Shown here one piece after another: positions 18,308 to 27,973 of a stretch of DNA of 64,000 bases. The position numbers and the translations under genes are program-made. Every line of letters begins with the position of its first letter. The stretch's first letter is position 1. The notes under the pieces are model-generated. The model saw only the letters and a program-made list of their open reading frames with translations. It did no database searches and had not been told where the DNA came from. Source of the DNA: a virus. The DNA is taken from IMG/VR virus record IMGVR_UViG_3300002835_000017. The stretch is one strand, 5' to 3'.

Positions 18308-19351
18308 TTAATTAAAAATTTTCCAATTTAATACTACATCGTTTACAAATTTATGAGTTAATATGGATGATGTGTGCCCATACCAACTTTTTTCTAAATA
18401 TTTCTTTTGCTCATCAATACTCATACCGTTCATTTCTCTCCACAAAACTTTTGGTAGATTATCAGTTTCTAATTCTAAATTAAAGTTTCTAATACTCCAT
18501 TCTATTATTCCTCCGTATAAAGATACTAAATTTTCTTCAAAAAACCAAAAATATTTACTAAAATCTATCTTATCTGCATAAGTTTTTACATACGCGTTAT
18601 CAAATTCTAATTCTTTTTGTTCCCAAGTGTTGCAAATATCTCTATTTTGAATTATACATTCATAAACCGACTTATCTGTTGGTGTATGATAATATGGTGG
18701 TGTTCTACCTTCTCTTAAATAATTTTTAGAAAAGTTGTTATTCATATTAAAAAACTTTATTTTTGTAATTCCATTTACTTCTAAAAAGTTAAGCAATAAT
18801 AAAATATATTCAAACCATTCAAAATATCTTTCATCATACGTCATAACTTTATCTAACCATGCAAATGTAACAGGGTCAATATTTATAGGATTATTAGTTG
18901 GATTAAATCCACCAGTTAAATGAAAATATCCATGCTCGTATGGTGTTGTTTTTTCTTTACCATTTATTAGATAATCATTACTATGTACCCAACTGTTGTT
19001 GTGTTTAATATAACTAATTGCAGGGTTTTTATTATTATCATATTTTTCTGGTGAAATAAAAAATGAATTTCTAGTCAAAGTTGTCCATTGTGCAATTACT
19101 GATATATCATTTGGGTCTACCCCTTGTTTTAGTAAATCAGAAACTTTATAAATAATAGAACGAGCAATTGTTTTATTATCATTGGTTATGGTTCCGTAAT
19201 TATGCAATTCATGAGTTTCTTTTAGATTTTCTTGTAACCAATGAGCCCAAGTCCAATTTTCAATTGGGTCTCTTTCCCATCGTTTTTCATCTTCTAAATT
19301 ACATCTATAATTGTTAGTAAAAGAACAGCCAGATACTACTATATGTTTCAT
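18308..19351 (-). CDS. SGNH/GDSL-like protein
   Basis: VSGCSFT block I, QWT, C-terminal His; start moved to MKHIVVSG (ATGA overlap with upstream stop). Confidence 0.55.
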   Translation of the reverse strand: MKHIVVSGCSFTNNYRCNLEDEKRWERDPIENWTWAHWLQENLKETHELHNYGTITNDNKTIARSIIYKVSDLLKQGVDPNDISVIAQWTTLTRNSFFISPEKYDNNKNPAISYIKHNNSWVHSNDYLINGKEKTTPYEHGYFHLTGGFNPTNNPINIDPVTFAWLDKVMTYDERYFEWFEYILLLLNFLEVNGITKIKFFNMNNNFSKNYLREGRTPPYYHTPTDKSVYECIIQNRDICNTWEQKELEFDNAYVKTYADKIDFSKYFWFFEENLVSLYGGIIEWSIRNFNLELETDNLPKVLWREMNGMSIDEQKKYLEKSWYGHTSSILTHKFVNDVVLNWKIFN

Positions 19352-20064
19352 ATATAATTTAATGTTTGTAATTTGTTTGATAAAACATTTGCCCACATTT
19401 CATGTCCTTCTTTATTAGGATGGTCATTTTTAATTGTTTTAGTATACCCGCCAAATGTTTCCTTTAAGAAATTTGGATAATTTAGTATTTCATTATCTGA
19501 AATTATGCAACTATCCCACCCAAAAAAATGCAAATGTTTATAACCATTTAGCTCTAAATACGCATACAATGATTTTATATAATTTTTCGTTTTATTTATT
19601 TGATATTTTGTATTTAAAAAATATCCTATAAATCTCTGCAAATCATTATTGTGTAATTCTAATAATTTTTTTGTGGTTTCATCCGTTTTATTATAATCTG
19701 AATTTTTATTTACTACATGTTTAGAAAATATTCCATAAAAATTTACGTCTTTTAATACTTTATCTGATACTGGAATTAATGCGTTTGGTATTGTAAAATA
19801 CCATTCTCTATTATCGTATGTTGTAGGAAGTTCCATACGGGTATAATGTGTCCATTGAATTATTAATACATCTTCTTTATTAAATCCTTCATTTAAAATA
19901 TAAAAAGCTTTTCTAAAAATATAATCGTTGGATGCCCCACAATTTCCAAAATTATGACAATCTACTTTATGTTTTTCAGAAAGCAATTTTGTATAATTTT
20001 CTATTTGAAAATTTTCTAAACCCTGACCTTCTGTAAAAGAGCATCCAACCGAATATAATTTCAT
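19348..20064 (-). CDS. SGNH/GDSL-like protein
   Basis: GCSFTEG, GASNDYI, IIQWT, DHPNKEGH. Confidence 0.65.
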   Translation of the reverse strand: MKLYSVGCSFTEGQGLENFQIENYTKLLSEKHKVDCHNFGNCGASNDYIFRKAFYILNEGFNKEDVLIIQWTHYTRMELPTTYDNREWYFTIPNALIPVSDKVLKDVNFYGIFSKHVVNKNSDYNKTDETTKKLLELHNNDLQRFIGYFLNTKYQINKTKNYIKSLYAYLELNGYKHLHFFGWDSCIISDNEILNYPNFLKETFGGYTKTIKNDHPNKEGHEMWANVLSNKLQTLNYI

Positions 20065-21062
20065 TACAACCTGCTTTTGTATTCTAAAATTGATTTTGTT
20101 AATCCTTCTTTCAATGTAGTTTGTGGTAGGATTCCGTATTGTTTTTGTTTTTTAGAACCTAAACATCTAATAGGGTCTCCGTTTGTTTTTGTAGAATCCC
20201 ATACTATGTTTTTAGTTTTACCTGTAATTTCGGTATAACATTCAACAATAGTTTCAATTGTATCTTTAATTGATACCGCTTCCGCACATCCAAAGTTAAT
20301 AATATCTCTGACTTCCTTTTTAACTACATCAATCGATGCCTGTGCTACATCATCCCCAAATACAAAATCTCGTTTAGATGAACCATTACCCCAACAAACT
20401 ATATCATCTCCCTCTACATTGAATAGTTTCCAAATGTTAGAAGATATTACAGTTGCATCTTGCGCAAAATTATCGTTTGTTCCATAGATGTTAGAAGGTC
20501 TAATTACAGTCCAATTATCCCAACCATACTGAACTCTTAATGAATCCAATGTAAGTTCTCCCATTCTCTTTGTCCAACCTGGATGCCAATCTAAACGAGA
20601 TGGGGTTGATGCCCAAGTTTCTTCTTGATTCCAAGTATCTTCTTCATTCATTACATCTGCTGGCTTATAAACTCCAACCGATGAAAGATAAACGAACCAA
20701 TCAACCTTTGCATCAAACGATGCTTTAATCATATTGGTATTAAACATCAACATTGGGAATAGATAATCAGCAGGACAAGTTGATGACCTTGCTGGTGAGC
20801 CTTTTACTCCTGCTATATGTAATACAATATTAATATCATCTAACTTAAACAAATCCTCACAATGTGAAAGATATGTTAAATCGGTTTTTACCAATTCCAA
20901 TCTATCTTGATATTGTCCCTTTAAGAAATTTAAATTTTCACTAAATCTTAAATCTACTGCATATACTTTTGCAGCATCTTCTTCTAAACATTTTTTAACT
21001 GCTGGTAATCCTACCAATCCATTTGCTCCCGTAACCAGAACGGTTTTTCCTTTTAATTCCAT
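20064..21062 (-). CDS. NAD-dependent epimerase/reductase, GDP-L-fucose synthase-like
   Basis: TGANGLVG, LSSVGVY, RPSNIYG, WGNGSSKRDFVF. Confidence 0.85.
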   Translation of the reverse strand: MELKGKTVLVTGANGLVGLPAVKKCLEEDAAKVYAVDLRFSENLNFLKGQYQDRLELVKTDLTYLSHCEDLFKLDDINIVLHIAGVKGSPARSSTCPADYLFPMLMFNTNMIKASFDAKVDWFVYLSSVGVYKPADVMNEEDTWNQEETWASTPSRLDWHPGWTKRMGELTLDSLRVQYGWDNWTVIRPSNIYGTNDNFAQDATVISSNIWKLFNVEGDDIVCWGNGSSKRDFVFGDDVAQASIDVVKKEVRDIINFGCAEAVSIKDTIETIVECYTEITGKTKNIVWDSTKTNGDPIRCLGSKKQKQYGILPQTTLKEGLTKSILEYKSRL

Positions 21063-21069
21063 TTTATTT

Positions 21070-22473
21070 TTATTTTGTTGTGTAATCTATTTTTATTTTT
21101 TCAAATATCTCATCAAAACACTCATAGTTTTCAAATGAGTATATATGCTTTTGGTTATATAATAATATATCAATTATTGAATAATACCAATTATGTAATT
21201 CCTCAATTGGTATATTTTTTAATTTAAGTAATTCTTTTTCTAAAAGTAATATTCTTTTTTTAGGGTCTATTTCTGAATCGTAACTCTCATCTATAAATGG
21301 TTCAAATGTTTTAAAGCCCAGCCTCTTTAATTCTGCTAATGTTAGATAATCACCAAACACCAAAAATGGTTGTAGATTTGAAATTGGTTTAAATATTTTT
21401 TCTGAAAGGAAAACATTTGGTCCAAAAAATGTTTCAGTTACTAAATGAAAATATGAATCCGCATACCATTCTTTTTTATTATTTCTAACTCCAAATGCCT
21501 GTTTCTTATCAGATGGAACTTCTTTTGTATCATCTTCATACGGTAATAATGATTCTAATTGTGTTGTATATTTTTCAATATTTTCAAAGGTGTCATCATA
21601 TACATTTGTTACGATACTTTTTAATTTATCTTTTTCTAATTGTTGTATAAATGTAAATAACCCATCTTTTAACAAATCATATTTTAATGCAAAATACCCC
21701 ATCATAGTTCTTTGTGGTTTTTGCATTGTTCTATTTGGGGATAAAAATTTATGTTTTCTAATTTTAGTAGAATCCAAATCTTTTTCTTCAAATAATTCAC
21801 ACAAATACCCCAAATTACCAATCATTGGAAATGAATTTATTTCATCTGCGTATCCTCTTATAAATAAGTGTCCATTGTATATTTTTATTTTACTATCAGA
21901 ATACATTTGATAATATTCAGAAAATTTACTTCCTCCTAAAATTATAATATTGGAACTATCAACTCCTAACTCATTTAATTGAAGTTCAAATTTTCGTATA
22001 TTATTTGAATCATATAACGGGTCGTGTATCATATTTACCAATATCTTCACTTTACCCAATTTAATTAAATCAAATAATTCAGGTTTTATAATATCTTTTA
22101 AAAACCAACTATATTTTGTATCATTTAGTAAAAAATTGTTTTCACAATGTAGTGCAGAAAGTGTATCTTTTATTTCCAATGGATACACATATACAAAATC
22201 ATCATCTTTAATTTGATTAAATGATACTATATTTTTAGGAAAATTTCTAGAAAAATAATTAAACAATTCCGAATGGTCAAATTTAATACTCTTTTCTTCC
22301 GATTGATATTGGAGCACCTGATACCAATCTAGTTTTAAATTATTTTTTAAAATATGTTGAATAAATTCCATAATAACAGGATGCATCCCATTACCAAATG
22401 GTTTTAATTGTCCTTGTTCAATATACCAATCGGTATATATTATTTTAAAATTTGAACCATGTATTGCATTCAT
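21070..22473 (-). CDS. Putative glycosyltransferase, GT10-like motif family (paralog 2)
   Basis: YFHLVTET..LSEKIFKPI..QPFLVFG..GFKTF..IDESYD; likely ATG start at 22473. Confidence 0.5.
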   Translation of the reverse strand: MNAIHGSNFKIIYTDWYIEQGQLKPFGNGMHPVIMEFIQHILKNNLKLDWYQVLQYQSEEKSIKFDHSELFNYFSRNFPKNIVSFNQIKDDDFVYVYPLEIKDTLSALHCENNFLLNDTKYSWFLKDIIKPELFDLIKLGKVKILVNMIHDPLYDSNNIRKFELQLNELGVDSSNIIILGGSKFSEYYQMYSDSKIKIYNGHLFIRGYADEINSFPMIGNLGYLCELFEEKDLDSTKIRKHKFLSPNRTMQKPQRTMMGYFALKYDLLKDGLFTFIQQLEKDKLKSIVTNVYDDTFENIEKYTTQLESLLPYEDDTKEVPSDKKQAFGVRNNKKEWYADSYFHLVTETFFGPNVFLSEKIFKPISNLQPFLVFGDYLTLAELKRLGFKTFEPFIDESYDSEIDPKKRILLLEKELLKLKNIPIEELHNWYYSIIDILLYNQKHIYSFENYECFDEIFEKIKIDYTTK

Positions 22474-22474
22474 A

Positions 22475-23434
22475 TTAATATCTGTATATTTTTTTAACAC
22501 TATTCCCTACATAATTGTTATCGTGAAAGAAACTTTCAAATAACAATTCATTTTTTATATAATCTTTAGTACACATTAAATTAAAAATATTATCTGAACT
22601 TTCTGGTGATATATTGTAATTTATATCGTTATTTATCATATCATTTACAAAATTTTTAATTCCATCTACTATTTTTATTTTATCACTAAAATATTTCTGA
22701 TTGTGTGTATCTGCTTCGTTTACAAACTCATCATTAACAATATCGATATATGTTCCAACTTTATCTGTAAATACTGATTCAAAAAATATAATATTGTTTT
22801 TAAAATTACATTTTTCAAAATCATAAAAACCTTTTGTATTTTTCAAATCTATATTTCCTTTATAAGTCATATATCTACCTTTTAAATCTAAATCAAATGT
22901 TTTTTGTAAATAGTATTGAGTAGTTCCCTGATACCCACTATCAATCATATATACATTTTTACATTCTCCAATCGTATTATTAATATATTTTTTATATGAA
23001 TCTCTTAATAGTTTGGCTTTGCCTAATATATCCGGAATACATAAATTTAAATTTGGTAATCTATTTAAAGTATCAATTTGAATATTAGTTTCTGTAACAT
23101 AATTTAATCCAAATCTATCTTTAATCAATTCAGATAAAGTGCCTTGATATCTATGTAAATTAAATGATTCGTAGATATCATCTTCAGATACAAATGAAGA
23201 TAGTGATGATAATTTTCTTGATGTTTTAAAATAAATTGAATTTGGTAAATTATATTTTATTTTAAAATCTTGATATAATTGATTAAGAAAATATCCTTCT
23301 CGTGAGTTAAATAAAATCAAATCACCATCTTTTATTTCATCTTTCAACCAATTAAAATAGTTAAATAATAATGGTCCAAAAAAGATGTAACCAAGTTCTT
23401 CTAATGATTCTGGATTTTTAACAATATGACCCAT
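22475..23434 (-). CDS. Polysaccharide-locus protein resembling the C-terminal part of HAD-associated proteins
   Basis: LGYIFFGP, FNSREGYFL, IDSGYQGTTQ. Confidence 0.55.
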   Translation of the reverse strand: MGHIVKNPESLEELGYIFFGPLLFNYFNWLKDEIKDGDLILFNSREGYFLNQLYQDFKIKYNLPNSIYFKTSRKLSSLSSFVSEDDIYESFNLHRYQGTLSELIKDRFGLNYVTETNIQIDTLNRLPNLNLCIPDILGKAKLLRDSYKKYINNTIGECKNVYMIDSGYQGTTQYYLQKTFDLDLKGRYMTYKGNIDLKNTKGFYDFEKCNFKNNIIFFESVFTDKVGTYIDIVNDEFVNEADTHNQKYFSDKIKIVDGIKNFVNDMINNDINYNISPESSDNIFNLMCTKDYIKNELLFESFFHDNNYVGNSVKKIYRY

Positions 23435-23865
23435 TATAAGTAAACTTTAAATGAAGGTATGCCAAGTGAAATCCACAAATCAATTATTTCTTGTTTATCA
23501 TCAAACGCACAATACACATCATCTTTGATAAAATCATTGTACATTTTTCGTTTTAACTCTACATCTTTAATATAATGATTTTCTTCACCTCGCATGAACA
23601 ATCCATCATATTTAACTCCATGCATTTCTAACCAATCCTGTGTAGAATTAAGTATCATTCGTGGTCTACTAGTTAGTATATAAATTCCATAATCATTATA
23701 TAGGTGATTTATAATATCAATCATAGGTAAGTTAGGCCTATCTGATATTACATTTTTATAATCATATAAAACATCCCAATCGATACTATTATCAGATTTG
23801 GTTGCAAGTGCATACCTTTTTTTATTTATTGAAAGAGTATTATCTATATCGACTATAACAATCAT
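23434..23865 (-). CDS. HAD-family phosphatase (PseT/PNKP phosphatase-like)
   Basis: DIDNT motif I, LTSR, LFMR, K..K, FDD. Confidence 0.85.
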   Translation of the reverse strand: MIVIVDIDNTLSINKKRYALATKSDNSIDWDVLYDYKNVISDRPNLPMIDIINHLYNDYGIYILTSRPRMILNSTQDWLEMHGVKYDGLFMRGEENHYIKDVELKRKMYNDFIKDDVYCAFDDKQEIIDLWISLGIPSFKVYL

Positions 23866-25064
23866 TTTCGTAAACCTTGTTCTTCATAACTTACAGGTAC
23901 TTTTATTCCTGTATTACACCCATTACAATTATCGCAAAATGTGATATATCCTAAATTTGTATATCCCAAATCGAATTTTATAAAATCTTCTTTTGATATT
24001 GTTTTTAAATCGACATAATCATTTTCATTTAATGGAAATAATTTTGTAAGTACTGCTGATGTATTCAAATGACAATAATAAAACTTACCATCGTTTAAAC
24101 CTCTAAATGGTGCCGTACAACTATCAAAATGTTTAATTAATTCATCCGTTGGTAAATTGTTTTTAATTCTTAAATCACCAAAATCATACCATTCAATTTC
24201 AGTTCTAACATAGTGATTTATATCCCATTCTTTTAAAGTATTAATAACTCTTAATACTTTCTTTTGAATATTTTCTAATTTATCAGTATAATCACTAACA
24301 CTTAAAATAACATCATTATTTTTTAATAACTCTAATGTGCTTTCTTTAGGTGAAATTGTACCATTTGTTGTAATTATAAATTTATCTATTTTATCTATAT
24401 GTTTAGATAAAACATGCTTTATAATATCCTCAATTTGTGGATGTAAAAATGGTTCACCACCAACTAAATGAAACACACTAATATAATCAGTAATATTAAA
24501 AAATAAATCTATATCAGATTTAATTATTTCAATATCTCTGTGATTTGGTGAAACATAATGTGGCATAAACATATTACAATATGAGCATGCTAATGTACAT
24601 TTTTCGGTAACTAAAACATCCGTTTGAAATATATGAACCATATTCTTATACTGTAATGGCCATATAGATGCAATGTGTTTATATGTAGTATAATCTACTT
24701 TGTTTTCTTCCAAATAATTTTTATAGTAATTTTTATAAACATCAGATGTTATAATTACTTTTTCATTTTTATTTAAATCAAAATCATCAATGTGAATTAA
24801 TGGAATACCGCTTCTATCTATTTTAATATTTTTTGATTTTCTAAAAAACTTACTTATTTCATCAATATTATTTAATATAAATTTATCTTTAATATTATGG
24901 TCTACAATATATTTTATTTTTAATCTATCATTCCCCAATAAAAAATCCATAGTTCTAATGAATTGGACACACTCTTTACTTGCACCAAATAGTACATATT
25001 CCTTTTCAGTATCCCATTCAGATATGAAGTTATTAAAATCGTGTAAATTAGGATTGTATAACAT
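23862..25064 (-). CDS. Radical SAM protein with N-terminal Rossmann-like domain
   Basis: CTLACSYC, GGEPFLHP, TTNGT; C-terminal C..YYCH..CDNCNGC; N-terminal VLFGAS. Confidence 0.85.
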   Translation of the reverse strand: MLYNPNLHDFNNFISEWDTEKEYVLFGASKECVQFIRTMDFLLGNDRLKIKYIVDHNIKDKFILNNIDEISKFFRKSKNIKIDRSGIPLIHIDDFDLNKNEKVIITSDVYKNYYKNYLEENKVDYTTYKHIASIWPLQYKNMVHIFQTDVLVTEKCTLACSYCNMFMPHYVSPNHRDIEIIKSDIDLFFNITDYISVFHLVGGEPFLHPQIEDIIKHVLSKHIDKIDKFIITTNGTISPKESTLELLKNNDVILSVSDYTDKLENIQKKVLRVINTLKEWDINHYVRTEIEWYDFGDLRIKNNLPTDELIKHFDSCTAPFRGLNDGKFYYCHLNTSAVLTKLFPLNENDYVDLKTISKEDFIKFDLGYTNLGYITFCDNCNGCNTGIKVPVSYEEQGLRK

Positions 25065-25065
25065 A

Positions 25066-25701
25066 TTAAAATACTACCCATTTACCACTTCCGTAGTGTG
25101 GATATTTTGATTTATATTCATAATGAATTACATCGGATGGAATATCTTTCTTTGTATTCCAAGTTGCTTCCGTTGGAGTGTAGGTTGAAACCGCATTATC
25201 TTCTACTATAAAATATACGGGTAAATCAAAGTTTCTAGCATATTTATGAACTTCATAAAATATACCACTTTCAAAACTCATATCTCCAACAAATACCCAA
25301 ACCTTTTCATCACCACCTTTTTCTTTGATTCCCATCGCTACACCTAACGCAATCGATAAAGTACCTCCAACAATAGCAGATGCATAAAATTTCTCATCTA
25401 TTTTACATAAAGTAATTGATTTACCATTCAATATTTCATTTTTAATCCATTCAGGTGAAATACCATGTAATAGTGCGTGATAGTGAGACCTCCAAGTTGA
25501 AAATACCCAATCATTAGCAGATATTCTTTTAAATATTTCTATGAGTTGTTCTTCATTACCATTTGATAGATGTATAGGTCCTCTGATTTTACCGTTTTCC
25601 CACTCTTCCACTATATCATTTTCAAAGTCAATTAAATCCTGTGGTGTGAGTGTAGTATCTACCTCATTTAAAGTTTTATATTGTTCTAAATTTTGTATCA
25701 T
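25066..25701 (-). CDS. TPP-dependent E1 alpha-like subunit (short)
   Basis: HLSNGNE, STWRSHYH, AIVGG, TPP motif GDMSFESG..EDN. Confidence 0.85.
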   Translation of the reverse strand: MIQNLEQYKTLNEVDTTLTPQDLIDFENDIVEEWENGKIRGPIHLSNGNEEQLIEIFKRISANDWVFSTWRSHYHALLHGISPEWIKNEILNGKSITLCKIDEKFYASAIVGGTLSIALGVAMGIKEKGGDEKVWVFVGDMSFESGIFYEVHKYARNFDLPVYFIVEDNAVSTYTPTEATWNTKKDIPSDVIHYEYKSKYPHYGSGKWVVF

Positions 25702-26237
25702 TATCTATCTCTTTTTTGTAATATTGGATTATTTGTTGGCCATTCCATCTGATATTCGGGGTCGTTCCATTTAACAACACCTTGTTCGTCAGCATCGACA
25801 TAACCGTCTTTATAAAATAAATTATAGTGAAACATACAATCGGTTAATGCATAATGACCATTTGCAAAACCTGGTGGAACTAATACTTGATTTCGCAATC
25901 TTTCTGAAATAATATACGATTCCCAATCTCCATAAGTAGGTGAATCTTTTCTCATATCTAATACAACTAAATAGATATCACCAACTGCTGCTTGAACTAA
26001 TTTCCAAGTCTTATTATCCCAATGCAATCCTCTCAATACTCCTTTATAAGAACGAGAAAATCTTCCATGTACTTCACATTTACTATCGATATAATCGACT
26101 ATTGGGTGTTCAATTGAATGAAATGTTGTCCATATTTCACCTCTATATTCTCTAAATACAGATGGTTGGAATGTTGGAACTTCATAACCAAATTTTTTCG
26201 ATGGAGTAATTTGAAACTCATCCCATTTACTACTCAT
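25701..26237 (-). CDS. rmlC: dTDP-4-dehydrorhamnose 3,5-epimerase family
   Basis: YRGEIW, SYKGVLRGLH, DMRKDSPTYG, VPPGFANG, WND. Confidence 0.85.
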   Translation of the reverse strand: MSSKWDEFQITPSKKFGYEVPTFQPSVFREYRGEIWTTFHSIEHPIVDYIDSKCEVHGRFSRSYKGVLRGLHWDNKTWKLVQAAVGDIYLVVLDMRKDSPTYGDWESYIISERLRNQVLVPPGFANGHYALTDCMFHYNLFYKDGYVDADEQGVVKWNDPEYQMEWPTNNPILQKRDR

Positions 26238-26238
26238 A

Positions 26239-27204
26239 TTATGTATTGTTTGCGTACCCTAATGGAAACCCATTTCTAAACTCTGCTCCCATTTTTGGAA
26301 CAATCATTTGATATGCTTGAATTAATTCTTCAATACCTCTATCCAACCCCCACTCTGGCACCCATCCAGTTTCCTCTAGCTTTGCGTTAGAAACTATGTA
26401 ATCTCTCTTATCGGGGTCTTCGTAATAATCGTTGTATGCTACGGCAAAATCCTTTACGTGGGATTGAATCTTTTCTAATAATTCTTGCTTTGAAAGATTA
26501 GCATTACTCAACCCTACATTAAATACTTGACCTTTATATTTTTCGTAGTTTATAATCATAAATAAAAATGTAAATGCAACATCTTGAATGTGAATAAAAT
26601 TTCTCTTAAAGTTTTTTTCAAATACTACGATATATTTATCTGTAATTGCTTTATAAACAAAATCGTTTACCAATAAATCGGTTCTCATTCTAGGTGATAC
26701 ACCAAATACAGTTGCCAATCGGAAAGTGATTGCCGATGTGGTTGCTCTTAAAAAAGTTTCAGCATCACACTTTGTTTGCCCATACACTGATATAGGTGTT
26801 AGTGGTGAATCTTCCGTACATTCAGTTTGCCCAACCCCAACACCGTAACCACTATTTGTGTTTGGATATAAAATCTTTTTATCCTTTGCAAATTTTACTA
26901 TGTTACAAATTTGGTCAAAATTGATTTCCCTTGCCAGCTTTGGGTCTGCTGCACACGCAGGAAACCCAACAATTGCAGCTAATGGGATTATCACATCGGC
27001 TTCATTACACAATTTTTGTAAAAGAAATTCATTACGAACATCTCCATATATAAATTTGAATTTAGGATTTGAAGTATATTGTAATAATGACGTTTGGTTA
27101 AATAATAGTTTATCCAATACCACTACCTCATAGTTTTGTTCCAATAACATATTAACTAATACAGTACCTAAATAACCTGCACCACCTGTAACTAATATTT
27201 TCAT
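26239..27204 (-). CDS. NAD-dependent epimerase/dehydratase (extended SDR)
   Basis: TGGAGYLG, LAAIVG, YGQTK, RLATVFGVSPRMR. Confidence 0.88.
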   Translation of the reverse strand: MKILVTGGAGYLGTVLVNMLLEQNYEVVVLDKLLFNQTSLLQYTSNPKFKFIYGDVRNEFLLQKLCNEADVIIPLAAIVGFPACAADPKLAREINFDQICNIVKFAKDKKILYPNTNSGYGVGVGQTECTEDSPLTPISVYGQTKCDAETFLRATTSAITFRLATVFGVSPRMRTDLLVNDFVYKAITDKYIVVFEKNFKRNFIHIQDVAFTFLFMIINYEKYKGQVFNVGLSNANLSKQELLEKIQSHVKDFAVAYNDYYEDPDKRDYIVSNAKLEETGWVPEWGLDRGIEELIQAYQMIVPKMGAEFRNGFPLGYANNT

Positions 27205-27208
27205 AATT

Positions 27209-27973
27209 TTAGAAATAAATGTTCTTTTCTATATAAAATTGAGGATAATTTCCACTAAAACTAACATCCCACACTTTATATCTATTGTAATGATTAAAAT
27301 CACATAAAAATGCAAAATTATTTCTATATGGATAATCGTAATTTAATTTTCGTAAATCATTATAAACTATATGTGAATAATCCGTTGCGTAGTTATCGAT
27401 AAAATCTTGAATTTCTTCAATTTTTAATTTTTTGTTTAACACAAATGCCATTTCAAACTCAAAATCTCCAATACATTGATGTTCTTCTGGACCAATCATA
27501 CTCCCACACCCAAACCAATAGAAAGAATGTTCGTATTTCATCTTTTCACCATCTTCAAATGCAATAGTTCCTACTAATTTTCCATTTTTATAACATTTGA
27601 TAGTTCTTTCCAAAAAATGGTCACAAATCATAGCGTACTCATTGAATTCGTTAATTTCTTCTGGTAATAATCCAGTAAAAATTTGTTTTGCGTACATTTC
27701 AGTTCTGCCATCTTCAGTTTTTTTTGAAAACCAATATGTAAATCCAATCGAAATAACTCCCAAATTATCTTTATAAGCAGAAATACCTGAATGCATTCCA
27801 TTTCTGGCAATTGCAAATGATTCTTTATTTGTAATTACGGTATCAGGAAATACTTTAAACTTTACGAATAAAGAAAAATCCTCATCCATATCTTTATCAA
27901 TTCTTCTTGACACCGCATATCTACTTTCCGGCAAAACGAAAAATATACTATCTTTGTTTACTCTTAAACTCAT
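27209..27973 (-). CDS. Stand-alone LamG/concanavalin-like protein
   Basis: DFSLFVKFK, CYKNGKLV, resembling the LamG inserts of neighbouring GT7 genes; start moved to MSLRVNK. Confidence 0.5.
   Translation of the reverse strand: MSLRVNKDSIFFVLPESRYAVSRRIDKDMDEDFSLFVKFKVFPDTVITNKESFAIARNGMHSGISAYKDNLGVISIGFTYWFSKKTEDGRTEMYAKQIFTGLLPEEINEFNEYAMICDHFLERTIKCYKNGKLVGTIAFEDGEKMKYEHSFYWFGCGSMIGPEEHQCIGDFEFEMAFVLNKKLKIEEIQDFIDNYATDYSHIVYNDLRKLNYDYPYRNNFAFLCDFNHYNRYKVWDVSFSGNYPQFYIEKNIYF

Noticed and set aside
15651-25701. Pyruvate dehydrogenase as a central-metabolism auxiliary gene
   Set aside because: Subunits are short, E2/E3 are absent from the window and the context is nucleotide-sugar genes
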